Positions 17,332-26,803 of a stretch of DNA of 31,836 nucleotides are shown here, in pieces. Location of the stretch: assembly GCA_031428555.1 (NCBI GenBank), contig JANPPO010000025.1, forward strand, positions 1-31,836, given 5' to 3'. Position 1 is the stretch's first letter. The number at the start of each line of letters is the position of its first letter. The position numbers and the translations under genes were made by a program. The stretch is from Bdellovibrionales bacterium (GTDB taxonomy: Bacteria; Bdellovibrionota; Bdellovibrionia; Bdellovibrionales; Bdellovibrionaceae). The notes beneath the pieces were generated by a model. It saw only the letters and a program-made list of their open reading frames with translations. It was not told the DNA's origin and did not search any database.

Positions 17332-18335
17332 AATTTAATTTTTTCTTGAAGGTGATTATAAACTTCCCGTGGACTGATACTTTTTAAGCATTCATGAAAT
17401 TTAGGATTAACACACGGACCTTGTCCGTGTTTACTACACGGTCTGCAAACGAGATCTCTTTCTAAAATAACTGTTGTTGGCCTTGAAGGAAAACCAAATG
17501 GCGCTGGCCCCATAAGTGCAATTGTGGGATGGCCCTGCTGTTCGGCGGTATGAAGTATCCCGGTATCATTTGAAATCAGAAGTTGAGATTTTTTAACGAC
17601 TGCACTTGTTTGGCGAAGGTCCGTTTTACCAGCCAAATTGATAACTCGGTCTGGAGCTACTTTTTGTATTTCATTTATAAAATGATCTTCGGGTCCACCC
17701 AATAAAACGAATTTCTGACTGCCGGAAATTTTAATCAGTTCCTGCCAGTATTCTAAGGGCCAACGTTTAAGTTCGAAAGCTGCCGATGGCGCAAGTGCAA
17801 TAAAGGGTTCAAATGGCAAAAAACTTTGAACCCCAGCTAGCTCTTCTGATTTTAAAAACAATTGAGGTGTCGAAGGAAGTTCTTCTGTTATTCCCCACTT
17901 TTTCAGAGGCTCTAATAAATCTCTTTGTCCACTGCGGGGCATTCTGTAAGTGTTTTTATGAAATTTAAAAAGCAAGAATCGTTTCCATCTTTTTTGTGAT
18001 TTGCGAAGGACAGTCGTGTTCCAGTTTGAAATTTTTAAATAGATCGAAAGGAAAGTTGAACGAGTACTGTTGTGAGCATCATATACATGCGTGAAATTTT
18101 CCGAACTTAAATCTTGAGCTAGTTTCATAAGTTCTTGGCGTCCGGATTTTCGAGGCAAAGACCAAATTTTATGAATGTGAGGATGGTTTTCTAAAAGGCT
18201 TGAAAGATCGGCCCGAATGGCCCAATGAATGACTGAATCAGGAAATTTTTCCGCGATTTTAGTGGGGACGCTAAGGCACTGAGTGACATCACCAAAGCTA
18301 GAAAATCGTAGAATAAGAAATTTTTTTTGAGTCAT
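17328..18335 (-). CDS. Glycosyltransferase family 9 (LPS heptosyltransferase-like)
   Basis: ILRFSSFGDV, LAPSAAFELKRWP, LGGPED, NLAGKTDL and ISNDTGILH. 4-nt overlap with waaA. Confidence 0.92.
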   Translation of the reverse strand: MTQKKFLILRFSSFGDVTQCLSVPTKIAEKFPDSVIHWAIRADLSSLLENHPHIHKIWSLPRKSGRQELMKLAQDLSSENFTHVYDAHNSTRSTFLSIYLKISNWNTTVLRKSQKRWKRFLLFKFHKNTYRMPRSGQRDLLEPLKKWGITEELPSTPQLFLKSEELAGVQSFLPFEPFIALAPSAAFELKRWPLEYWQELIKISGSQKFVLLGGPEDHFINEIQKVAPDRVINLAGKTDLRQTSAVVKKSQLLISNDTGILHTAEQQGHPTIALMGPAPFGFPSRPTTVILERDLVCRPCSKHGQGPCVNPKFHECLKSISPREVYNHLQEKIKL

Positions 18336-18487
18336 TTTTACAAGTCACGATCTCACGAAAAGCCACAATTTGGCAAGTGACCAACCTCTAGACATAAACC
18401 CCCTGGAATCAGAGTGGAGTCTAGGCTTTAAAAGCCCCAATCTACCCAGTGCATGGCATAAAACTTGGAACTTCAAGTCCTTGAATT

Positions 18488-19831
18488 ATGGTACGTATGC
18501 GAGGGTTCTTTTTTGCTTTTCTTTTGAGTTTTTCTTCATTTAGTTGGGCCCAGCTCAATTCTCATCTTATTTTGCAAAATGAGTCTTTTTTAAGTCCTGA
18601 GTTCGAAGCAAGTAACCAAAGCGAGTACCAGTTCATTGGTTTTGGTTTACGCAACAGGTTGGATTCGGAAAAAATAATATTGGATGCTGAAGCCGTCATG
18701 GCTGTTGGAAACCCGATTTTGAATTACATCAAATTCAAAGAAGCCGCGCTTATCATGCCCAATTCCTCTAGTGAAACTTTGATTTTGGGAAGAAGAAAAG
18801 TTCTTTGGTCTGAAATGGATGAAGCTTGGGCGCTTGGAACTATTGAACCTGCTTTTGAGTGGAATCCCCTCAACCGTGAAAGTCATGGCTTAACCGGACT
18901 CTTTTGGGTCACTCAGCAGCCTTGGCTTCAGTTAACTGCGTTCGTATCTCCAGTTTATTTGCCAGATCAGGGGCCTGGATTTGATATTAACAGCGAAGGA
19001 CAATTTTCTAAAGCTAATCCTTGGTTTCAAAGACCGCCTAAAACATTTCAGCCATTCCCGGGCTCTAGTGCAAGTTCTGATATTCAATATAAGGTTCGAA
19101 AACCACCCGAATCAGAGATCGTGACTCAGACTAGTTTAGGTGGCTCTTTAGAAAGCGAAATTGGATCGAGTTTGCTATTAAGATCATCTTATTTTTATAA
19201 GCCAATGAATCAATTAGCATTGGCCTATGACGGTATCTACAACACAGGTACAAACACCGGCGAAGTCGAGATTCTGCCACAGGTTGGTCATCACCGTGTG
19301 ACAGCAGCCGACCTTATCTACACAAAAGAAAATTACCGGCTGGGCGTTTCCTACATGAAAGATCAACCCGATAAGATCGAGTTCGATCCAGAGTGGACTG
19401 CACCAAGTTTTAGTACTGCTCAGATGTATTCAACTTTTGCGCAAATCAGTTCTGCCAAACAGCTGTTAAGAGTAGAATATCTGAATATCAACGGTGGTGA
19501 AGTTAAAGAAACGGGTGAATTCGCAAGTTCCACGCGTGCACCAATTACTTCCAGATATCCATTTCGCGAAGCCCTTCGCGGCCGATATGAATTCAATTTG
19601 CCACTTGATCGACTCCAAAAGATAAAAATGAATTTTTCGTGGACTCATAGTAAGAAAAACGAATTCGATCTTGTTCAGATTAAGGGTCAGTATCAGCTAT
19701 CTCGGAGATGGAATACTTATGCTGACATGCAATTCGTAAAAGCAAAGCCTTTGACCAAAGAAAACACAAATGAGATTTCTCCTCATGAAAATAATGACCG
19801 TTTTATGATCGGAATGTCTTATGAGCTTTAA
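18488..19831 (+). CDS. Outer-membrane beta-barrel protein of unknown function
   Basis: Signal peptide ending SWA; amphipathic strands; BAM-type C-terminal strand FMIGMSYEL. The start may be the ATG at 18497. Confidence 0.75.
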   Translation: MVRMRGFFFAFLLSFSSFSWAQLNSHLILQNESFLSPEFEASNQSEYQFIGFGLRNRLDSEKIILDAEAVMAVGNPILNYIKFKEAALIMPNSSSETLILGRRKVLWSEMDEAWALGTIEPAFEWNPLNRESHGLTGLFWVTQQPWLQLTAFVSPVYLPDQGPGFDINSEGQFSKANPWFQRPPKTFQPFPGSSASSDIQYKVRKPPESEIVTQTSLGGSLESEIGSSLLLRSSYFYKPMNQLALAYDGIYNTGTNTGEVEILPQVGHHRVTAADLIYTKENYRLGVSYMKDQPDKIEFDPEWTAPSFSTAQMYSTFAQISSAKQLLRVEYLNINGGEVKETGEFASSTRAPITSRYPFREALRGRYEFNLPLDRLQKIKMNFSWTHSKKNEFDLVQIKGQYQLSRRWNTYADMQFVKAKPLTKENTNEISPHENNDRFMIGMSYEL

Positions 19832-22112
19832 AAATATTTTACTTATTTTAACTATTTGTTCAGTAACTGGTTGTTCTGAATTCATCAATGGAAAAAAGAA
19901 AGAAGAAGAAGTACTAAGATTTAACAGCGACAGATTTGCTTGCTTAAGCAAAGTCCCAGAGACCCTTCGAAGTCTAAACAGCGAAGAATCGAGTCCAGAA
20001 AATCTAGAAGAATCACTAGTCTGTCTAGAGACCAGCTTAACCTATTTTAAGAAGCGTACAAAAGGTACAGTTCCCGACGGATATTCCGTTCAAGATATTA
20101 GATCATTTTTTGGCAATTATTTAGGTGATAAAGACCGAGTCTCTGACCAAATGGCCGCCCAAATGATGAAAGTAAAAAAAGCATTATTCGGTGGAACAGA
20201 ATTGATAATCGCAAAGTCAGAACTGCAGGGACTCATTGATTTGGTTGCAAACATTCGTCAGGAAATTCCGAATTTAAAACCTGTCTGGTCCATTATGTTA
20301 ATCAATAACTTCATCAAGCCGGATAAGAGTCAGATTCTCCATAGTCATAAGTTGCTTCAAGAAAGTTTAACTAAGTTAGTTCTAAGCACAAATTTAGTCA
20401 GATCAGAATATTCGTTTGCTGATTTCAAATCCTTAATGACTGAAGCGGAAAAATTTGTAAAAGCGGCGCCTGGGCAAAGCAGCGTCGACATTATGAGATG
20501 GCTTCCCCTTGCGGAATCTGTGAAAGTTCATTTGTTCAGTGACCGAGCCGACATGAGCTCCACAATTAAATGGAAAGAAGCCGTCAATATGGTGATGGAG
20601 CTTCATCTTATTTTCTCATTGTATCAGTACCACTATAAAGGGCTTGAATTTTATTCTCCGGCTGCGTTTCAGACTGGCGATGAAATTTTGGTTGCGGCCA
20701 TTAGCCTCCTTGATAGGTCATGGTGGATGAACAAAGATGGTATTCCCTTTAAGGAAACTGAAAAACTACTTCAAGCATTCGAGACTCTTAAAATTATTCC
20801 CGAAGGTACTACGGCTAAGACGATGAATGAATCTTATCAGGTCATCGTCAGAAAATTTTTAGACCGTGATAAAGCGAATAAGGCAGTAGGACTTAAAACT
20901 TTAGCGAAAAAACATCTTGCGACTTTAAAAAGTGAATATCGTGGCTTCAAAGCGGTGCAAGATTTTAATAATTCGTTACCTGGATCATTCACGTATGATC
21001 AATTAATCGAAATATTGAACAACAAACAAACCGTCCAGGTCCAAACTTTTTCTGAAATATCTGATGAGTTGCTTCAACTGTCTTGGAAAGATTGGCATTT
21101 TCATTTAAAGCAACCGCTGCCATTACTCTATCTTAAGACAGGCGAACTTGTTTTAGATCGTAACGTGAAGGCTTCAAGCGAATGGTCATGGGATGCTTTA
21201 ACTCGTCTGAATTTGATGAAATTTTTGAACCGTCTCTTGATGATGAGTTTCGGGACAACGCGAACAATGGATTTAAGTAAAGAAGTTTTAGATGAAGACT
21301 CAATGAGACAGTTCTATGCTGACTTTTGGAACCTTGGGGTGCAGATAAAAGCTTTCGACGAAAGAAGCGGCAACTCGGGAAAACGAACATTTTTCGAAGC
21401 CGATCATTTTGTATATGCAGGAAATGGCGACAAAGAAGTTCGCTTGGATGAATCTTATGAGCTTGTGAATATTATTTTCTCTGCAGGGTTAAACGGCCTT
21501 AAGAAAATTCAGAATGACCTTTTGAAGTCTTCCTGTGCACTTGCTGAAAATGATGACTTCGGCAATCCATGGTTAGATGAAGCGTGCTTTAAGAAGTTAT
21601 TGCGCCAGAACTTCAGCAGGTACTTTAAAAACTTAACCGCACTTGATAAGTGGGTATCCGGATTAAACGACGAGGAGTGGGATTACTACTATAGTCAGCT
21701 TATAAACTTTGCACGAAGTAAACCCGATACAGTAGGGCGGATCGAAACGGGAGATTTGCGTACTCTAGTTGTTATCAATCATTATATCGAAAGCATGTAC
21801 CTAAAGATTGATCTGGATGAAGACGATAAACTATCTGTGCCAGAACTAATTGATGGCTCTGCGCGATTTGTTCCATTTTTTAAAAATCATTTCAAGCTAG
21901 AGCCTCGCGGCCCATTTTTAAGAGAGACCCAAGAGTACTTGATCGATTACGCCTTATCTAGAGTCTTTGCTTGCATGGTTATCACTGGCGAAATGCCTAA
22001 AATTAAATCATGTACGCCGGCTTTTTTTAAGGATGCGTTTTTAACCAAGCCATATTCGAATCGTTCTCTTATTTTGAGAACATTGAACTCGCTCAAATCC
22101 TCGATTAAATGA
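19821..22112 (+). CDS. Large alpha-helical lipoprotein with an EF-hand-like loop
   Basis: Lipobox VTGC at residues 15-18; DLDEDDKLSVPE at 21810..21845; 11-nt overlap with the barrel gene. Confidence 0.8.
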   Translation: MSFKNILLILTICSVTGCSEFINGKKKEEEVLRFNSDRFACLSKVPETLRSLNSEESSPENLEESLVCLETSLTYFKKRTKGTVPDGYSVQDIRSFFGNYLGDKDRVSDQMAAQMMKVKKALFGGTELIIAKSELQGLIDLVANIRQEIPNLKPVWSIMLINNFIKPDKSQILHSHKLLQESLTKLVLSTNLVRSEYSFADFKSLMTEAEKFVKAAPGQSSVDIMRWLPLAESVKVHLFSDRADMSSTIKWKEAVNMVMELHLIFSLYQYHYKGLEFYSPAAFQTGDEILVAAISLLDRSWWMNKDGIPFKETEKLLQAFETLKIIPEGTTAKTMNESYQVIVRKFLDRDKANKAVGLKTLAKKHLATLKSEYRGFKAVQDFNNSLPGSFTYDQLIEILNNKQTVQVQTFSEISDELLQLSWKDWHFHLKQPLPLLYLKTGELVLDRNVKASSEWSWDALTRLNLMKFLNRLLMMSFGTTRTMDLSKEVLDEDSMRQFYADFWNLGVQIKAFDERSGNSGKRTFFEADHFVYAGNGDKEVRLDESYELVNIIFSAGLNGLKKIQNDLLKSSCALAENDDFGNPWLDEACFKKLLRQNFSRYFKNLTALDKWVSGLNDEEWDYYYSQLINFARSKPDTVGRIETGDLRTLVVINHYIESMYLKIDLDEDDKLSVPELIDGSARFVPFFKNHFKLEPRGPFLRETQEYLIDYALSRVFACMVITGEMPKIKSCTPAFFKDAFLTKPYSNRSLILRTLNSLKSSIK

Positions 22113-22138
22113 TTTATGTGTTGCTTGCTTATATGAAC

Positions 22139-22160
22139 GCTCCTAGCTTAGGCTAGGGGC
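22139..22160 (+). promoter_or_regulatory. Hairpin that sequesters the MFS gene's ribosome-binding site
   Basis: GCTCCTAGC-TTAG-GCTAGGGGC is a 9-bp stem with one G-T pair. The SD-like AGGGG is in the 3' arm, and the ATG is at 22164. Confidence 0.5.
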
Positions 22161-22163
22161 GAT

Positions 22164-23318
22164 ATGCATCGGATTACACAGGGGCTTTGGCTCGCGCTTA
22201 CATTTCTCAGCATGATAGCCCTTGGATTCAACGACAATCTTCGTGGCCCTTTATTTTTCGATATCCTAAAAGAATTTGAGTTATCGGATCTAGAAGGTGC
22301 CTGGTTTTATTCAACTTCGTCTTTGCTGGGATTTTTCGCTAGCATTGCCTCTGCTTATATTCTAAAACGGCAGCATCTCTTGCAGCTGCTAATGTTATCT
22401 TTGTTACTGATGTCTGCTTCAGTTTTTGGAATAGGATACTTCAACAATTATTACCTGACTCTCATTGCGGCAGCACTTTTCGGTATGTCGATGGGATTCA
22501 TGAGTGTCGCGCAAAATTCCTCGATCAGTTACTTAACCACCCTCAAAACTCAATCCCGATTTTATTCGGCACTTCATTCAATGTATGGACTTTCTAGTTT
22601 TCTTGCTCCTCTCGCGGTTGGTTGGGGACTTAAAAATGGCTGGGTCTGGCGAGATTTTTTCATTCAGTCAGCTGTAGTCATTCTGATTCTTTTTGTACTT
22701 TCAATTTTCCTACCTTTCCCAGCTTGGGCCAAAAATCACCGAACAACCCCCCAGCCCGAAAAGAACACCATTCGCGGCTTGGGACGGGTTTCCGTCTTCA
22801 TGAGTTTGTCTTTAGGTTTCTACGTGATCGCGGAAATTCTTGTCGGTTCGAGACTCTCGCTTTACACGATTCGGGAAATGGGACTTACAACCGAAGAGGC
22901 CAGCAAGTATGTCACCGGTTTTTATCTGTGCATGCTAGCGGGACGAGTATTAGGTGTTTTTGTTAAGTGGCCGGGCCCCATTAGAAAACAGCTTTATGTC
23001 TCGCTGAGTTTGAGTTTTTTAACTTTGCTGATGGGCCTGTATCATAATCCTTGGTGGTTTGCGGTCACCGGCCTTGCGATGTCTATGTTTTACCCTATTT
23101 TCATGGTGTATCTTTCCGACATTTATCAAAAACGAATTGGCGTGATGATGTCTTTGGCGATTGCCATTCAGTCACTTTCAATTGTAATCATGCACCAGAT
23201 AGTCGGGTTCATTTCAGATTTTTCAGGAATTAGAATGGCTTTTCATACAGGCCTCATTTTTCTGATCTTAAGTGGATTCTTCCTATGGAGAGGCGAACTT
23301 GAAAGAAAACAGTACTAA
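22164..23318 (+). CDS. MFS transporter (FucP/TsgA-like)
   Basis: About 12 hydrophobic helices; GFNDNLRGP in TM1; HSMYGLSSFLAP. Confidence 0.9.
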   Translation: MHRITQGLWLALTFLSMIALGFNDNLRGPLFFDILKEFELSDLEGAWFYSTSSLLGFFASIASAYILKRQHLLQLLMLSLLLMSASVFGIGYFNNYYLTLIAAALFGMSMGFMSVAQNSSISYLTTLKTQSRFYSALHSMYGLSSFLAPLAVGWGLKNGWVWRDFFIQSAVVILILFVLSIFLPFPAWAKNHRTTPQPEKNTIRGLGRVSVFMSLSLGFYVIAEILVGSRLSLYTIREMGLTTEEASKYVTGFYLCMLAGRVLGVFVKWPGPIRKQLYVSLSLSFLTLLMGLYHNPWWFAVTGLAMSMFYPIFMVYLSDIYQKRIGVMMSLAIAIQSLSIVIMHQIVGFISDFSGIRMAFHTGLIFLILSGFFLWRGELERKQY

Positions 23319-24510
23319 AATTCCAGCTACTCAAAATCCTGCGGCAAAAAAGCCAGCAACGAAAAGCATAACGCCTCCTGCAAAAGCTGGAATTGAAGAC
23401 TTCTTTCTCATTGGACCTTTGGGCTTTGAAGAAACATTTCAAAACGAAATTGCAAAAGTTCAGCCTTGGTTGCTCGGTTTAGATTCAAGACCCACGTCTC
23501 ATGCGATTGAAGTATTAAATGTTCGTAAAGGTGGCCTGGAACTTCGCGCACCTAAGCTAGAAGGTTTTCAGTTAGTCCATCATTTAAAAACTCCTGTGCG
23601 AATTCTTTGGAGATGGAAATCTAAAAATCTTTCTCATGTAGCAGAATTAAAAAGTTATATTCGCGGCCTGAGGCCTCAGGAAATTTATGATGGACCCCTT
23701 AAGGTCGTAATCAGTTCTCGAAAATCCAGACTCAATAACGAAAAAATGATCGAGCGAGTTTTTCAAGAAGAATGGAAATTCTTAAACGCAAATGCGGAAC
23801 AAGCTATCTACGTTGATGTTTACGATGATCAATTTACCTTAAGCTGGGACCTCTGCGGAGAACCCCTGTATAAAAGATCGTGGGCAAAACTTAAAGGACA
23901 AGCACCCATTCGGGAAAACCTCGCAAGACTCTTACTTGAAGATTTAACTTCTGGATTCACGGGCCCCGAGCTCGCGCAAATGACTTTAATTGATCCCATG
24001 ATGGGTTCAGGAACATTTTTGTGGGAAGCCCTAGGTTGGAACCGCCCCAATATTGAAAGAAAATTTTCTTACCAAGATTGGAAAGGTTTGCCAGGCCTCT
24101 TAAAAGTCCAATGGTGGACAAATTTATCTTTACCTCATCAGGGACTTTTCAAAAGTTATTTGGGCCTTGATCAAGATGCCGAGATCGTTTCAAAAGCGAT
24201 GCAGAACTCGACATTTTTCAAACATGAAAACTTGGAACTCCAAGTTCAAAATGTTTTAGAGACACCTAAAACAAAAGCGACCGGTCCAACCCTTTTGATT
24301 TGTAATCCACCCTACGGCGAACGCTTAGCCGTTAACTCTATTGAAAAGCTCATCAGCTCTGCTTTGCAGTTTCACAAGCCATTAAAAGCGTTATTTGTTT
24401 GGCCTGAAGGGCCTCTATTCAGCTTTCCAGGTTATGAAACCAAACTAGTCAGAAATTTTTTGCAGGGTGGCATCCCGGTCCAAGTGGTTGTTTTCTCAAA
24501 GCTAGATTAA
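23299..24510 (+). CDS. RlmL/RlmK-like (THUMP/UPF0020) class I SAM-dependent RNA methyltransferase; start re-set to the TTG at 23299
   Basis: LYKRSW, APIRENLA, IDPMMGSGTF, GLDQD and CNPPYGERL. SD GGAGAGG precedes TTG 23299. Confidence 0.88.
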   Translation: MKENSTKIPATQNPAAKKPATKSITPPAKAGIEDFFLIGPLGFEETFQNEIAKVQPWLLGLDSRPTSHAIEVLNVRKGGLELRAPKLEGFQLVHHLKTPVRILWRWKSKNLSHVAELKSYIRGLRPQEIYDGPLKVVISSRKSRLNNEKMIERVFQEEWKFLNANAEQAIYVDVYDDQFTLSWDLCGEPLYKRSWAKLKGQAPIRENLARLLLEDLTSGFTGPELAQMTLIDPMMGSGTFLWEALGWNRPNIERKFSYQDWKGLPGLLKVQWWTNLSLPHQGLFKSYLGLDQDAEIVSKAMQNSTFFKHENLELQVQNVLETPKTKATGPTLLICNPPYGERLAVNSIEKLISSALQFHKPLKALFVWPEGPLFSFPGYETKLVRNFLQGGIPVQVVVFSKLD

Positions 24511-24573
24511 AACATCTTTAAATCCAAATTTGTTGCAAGATTTCAGGCCCTTTTTGTGACATACCTTGAGTCT

Positions 24574-25410
24574 ATGAATAACTCTTTTTTAAATTCAATT
24601 TTATTAGCAGTTTTAAGTCTCGGTTTCCTTGCCTGCAGCCCAAAAGATAAGAATTTGAACCGCCCTTTTTTCAACCAAGCAAATGGTGGAAAAGGTTTAC
24701 GTGTCGGCGCTTACGGGCAAACAATCTGGGCCGCACAAAATGTTGTTCAAGTGGGGGCGTTGATAAATAACTGCCTTAACAATCAGTCTGTTCCTTTGAA
24801 GCAGGCAAATGGTGTTTTTGAAAAGTCATGCACTGCAAAGTTTGAAGTTGAACAGCGAGTACTTGAGATTTGGAAAATCAATTTAAAATTAACTGAAAAT
24901 AATGTTTCTTCGGTCGTATTGCTGGCTGAAGGAAAATTGGAAAGAGGCGACGCCTTTGCCAAATTCAATACAACTGATGTTTTAATGATATACGATGCAA
25001 AAACTTTCAAATTTACCTCGTCTGAAGCGAACCAGTTCGCAATCGAATTGAAGTCGACTGGCGCAATGGGTTCTACTTCCGATAAGATTCGGTTCTCACA
25101 TCAAATTAAATCTCAAGGTGAAATCAAAACAGATTCATGGGCCGTTACTAATTTAGAACACAACTTAGATTTGCCTGATCGATCACGGAATTACTCAGTT
25201 ACTTCAAGTAATCTGAACTTGGCGTGGGTTAATTCTCAGTGCGCAGAAATTTCTGGAGAAACTCAAGCGATTGAGACAGGTCGGCCGCCAGCAACGATTG
25301 TTCTAAATAAAACTGAAGCAAAACAAGTTGGTAAAAGCTGGGCTCAGGAGTTTAAGGGTTGCACAGAAAGAAGTGCAACCGAGTTGAACTTTGAATTTTT
25401 ATTTTTCTAA
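24574..25410 (+). CDS. Hypothetical beta-rich lipoprotein
   Basis: ATG 24574 gives MNNSFLNSILLAVLSLGFLAC (lipobox FLAC). The ORF-track start is GTG 24556. Confidence 0.75.
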   Translation: MNNSFLNSILLAVLSLGFLACSPKDKNLNRPFFNQANGGKGLRVGAYGQTIWAAQNVVQVGALINNCLNNQSVPLKQANGVFEKSCTAKFEVEQRVLEIWKINLKLTENNVSSVVLLAEGKLERGDAFAKFNTTDVLMIYDAKTFKFTSSEANQFAIELKSTGAMGSTSDKIRFSHQIKSQGEIKTDSWAVTNLEHNLDLPDRSRNYSVTSSNLNLAWVNSQCAEISGETQAIETGRPPATIVLNKTEAKQVGKSWAQEFKGCTERSATELNFEFLFF

Positions 25411-25439
25411 TTGGTAATGAGATTAGTTTAGATTTTATG

Positions 25440-25470
25440 ACCCGCATTTCTTAAGAGGTGCGGGTTTTTT
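25440..25470 (+). terminator. Rho-independent terminator
   Basis: ACCCGCATTTC-TTAA-GAGGTGCGGGT followed by a T run, 30 nt after the lipoprotein stop. Confidence 0.85.
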
Positions 25471-25472
25471 CG

Positions 25473-25679
25473 TTCTTGCAGCAGTGATTGCTAGGTACAA
25501 GAGTGCATCCATCCGTGTGAACGCTATCCCAGACTTGCCGTCCGCGTGGCATCGTGCCACTGGGAACAAAAGACCGAAGACGGGGACAAGAAACTTTATT
25601 CCCCAATGGCACGATGCCATTGGGGTAGCTAGCTCATGGATGGCCAAACTAACGTTTACCCAGAGAGCAGCTGTAAGAA
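25473..25679. ncRNA. Candidate structured ncRNA (rod-like, 6S-RNA-sized) or palindromic element
   Basis: Nested complementary segments: 25473-82/25670-79, 25509-17/25635-43, 25523-32/25620-29 and 25547-59/25607-19. The region is GC-richer than its surroundings, with no credible ORF. Confidence 0.5.
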
Positions 25680-25681
25680 AC

Positions 25682-26803
25682 CTATTTAGTTTCTGCTGCG
25701 GGCACCGCACCCTTCAAGCGAAGTCTCGCGTAAATCGGAAAGTGATCCGACACGCCTTCACCGGCATCACTAAATCTCTTCGGAGTATTACCTTTGAACA
25801 GGTGCACAGGCGCATATCTTACAACATCAACTGTCTTCGTATCTAAGACATAAGGTGCAGTGCCTTTTTCTTCCATGTTTTTTGAGAAGATCAAAGTATC
25901 AAGAAATGACCAATCGTTACGGTAACTGTGAGTGCCGTCGCAATGCTTACAACCCACCAAGTGAGCAACTAATCCGACGCTTGAAAAATCCTTCGTGAAG
26001 TAGCCAGCTTCTTCGTTTTCATCGTGAGTGATATTGAGGTCGCCACCGAAGACGATCATTTCGTTAGGGCGTTCTTGCATGAGTTTTTTTGCGAATTGAA
26101 CTGACTGTTCACGCCAGTAACGGGGATTTCGTTGAGACGGGAAGTGAGCCACCATCGCGATTAATCTTGCTCCGTTTGGAAGCTTTAATGGAACTTCTAA
26201 AATTCCGCGAGAGCGATTCATCCACTTTTGATCTTCTTCATTTTTTCCGACATATGGAATTTTATGAAGCTTAGCTTTTCCGTCTAATGGAAGTCGCGAA
26301 AGGACTGCGACGTCGATACCGCGTTCATCGGGTCCTTCGATGAGAACTTGAGTTTTATATCCAGCGGCTTGGAGATAGTTTTTGTTGAGTTGTCCCAAGA
26401 TGTTGTCGTTTTCAACTTCAACCAACATCAAGACATCAGCACCTTTGTTTCCATCGACACTTAAGATGACTTCGGAGATGTTTTTCATTTTCTTTTCGAT
26501 AATGGCGCTATTCCAGTCGGATTCGAGGCACTCACGCTTGTAATAACCTTTTTGGGTGTTACAGAATGCCTGAATTTCGGGTTTCTTTTTTTCTGCGAGG
26601 GGCATGTAAGTAAAGTCTTCACGATTGGCGTCATGTTTATCGTCAAACAAATTTTCGACGTTGAAGCTCATGATGCTGATTTCTTCAGTGGCTTTAGGCT
26701 GCAGTGCAGGCGCGGTTTTAACGCTTTTAGAGATGCAGCCAGGTAAGTTGAGTGTGCAAACAAACAAGAGTGTAATAGAGAGTGGTAAAATCGAGTTTTT
26801 CAT
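25682..26803 (-). CDS. Endonuclease/exonuclease/phosphatase (EEP) family lipoprotein; start re-set to the ATG at 26803
   Basis: MKNSILPLSITLLFVCTLNLPGC (lipoprotein-like leader); SFNVENLFD, VEVEN, GGDLN, FLD and SDHFPI catalytic motifs. Confidence 0.9.
   Translation of the reverse strand: MKNSILPLSITLLFVCTLNLPGCISKSVKTAPALQPKATEEISIMSFNVENLFDDKHDANREDFTYMPLAEKKKPEIQAFCNTQKGYYKRECLESDWNSAIIEKKMKNISEVILSVDGNKGADVLMLVEVENDNILGQLNKNYLQAAGYKTQVLIEGPDERGIDVAVLSRLPLDGKAKLHKIPYVGKNEEDQKWMNRSRGILEVPLKLPNGARLIAMVAHFPSQRNPRYWREQSVQFAKKLMQERPNEMIVFGGDLNITHDENEEAGYFTKDFSSVGLVAHLVGCKHCDGTHSYRNDWSFLDTLIFSKNMEEKGTAPYVLDTKTVDVVRYAPVHLFKGNTPKRFSDAGEGVSDHFPIYARLRLKGAVPAAETK

Noticed and set aside
18454-18468. 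Sigma-54-like TGGCATAAAACTTGG upstream of the OM barrel
   Set aside because: The near-invariant -12 GC is GG. It is a weak candidate only.
25547-25590. Cobalamin riboswitch-like words GCCACTG-GGAA and AGACCGAAGAC
   Set aside because: The 5' core (GGGAA..GGTG..AATCC..ACTGT) is absent, the B12 box is mismatched, and no gene lies downstream on the + strand.
25473-25679. Retron msr-msd, or SRP/RNase P/tmRNA identity for the structured element
   Set aside because: No reverse transcriptase is in the window. I found no SRP GGAAGGAAGCAG loop, RNase P GAGGAAAGUCC, or tRNA-like ends.
25435-25846. ORFs 25435..25710(-) and 25484..25846(+) as small proteins or type I toxins
   Set aside because: No SD, overlap with the nuclease gene and the terminator, and no family motif. 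The inverted-repeat structure explains the region better. Not fully excluded without ribosome profiling.
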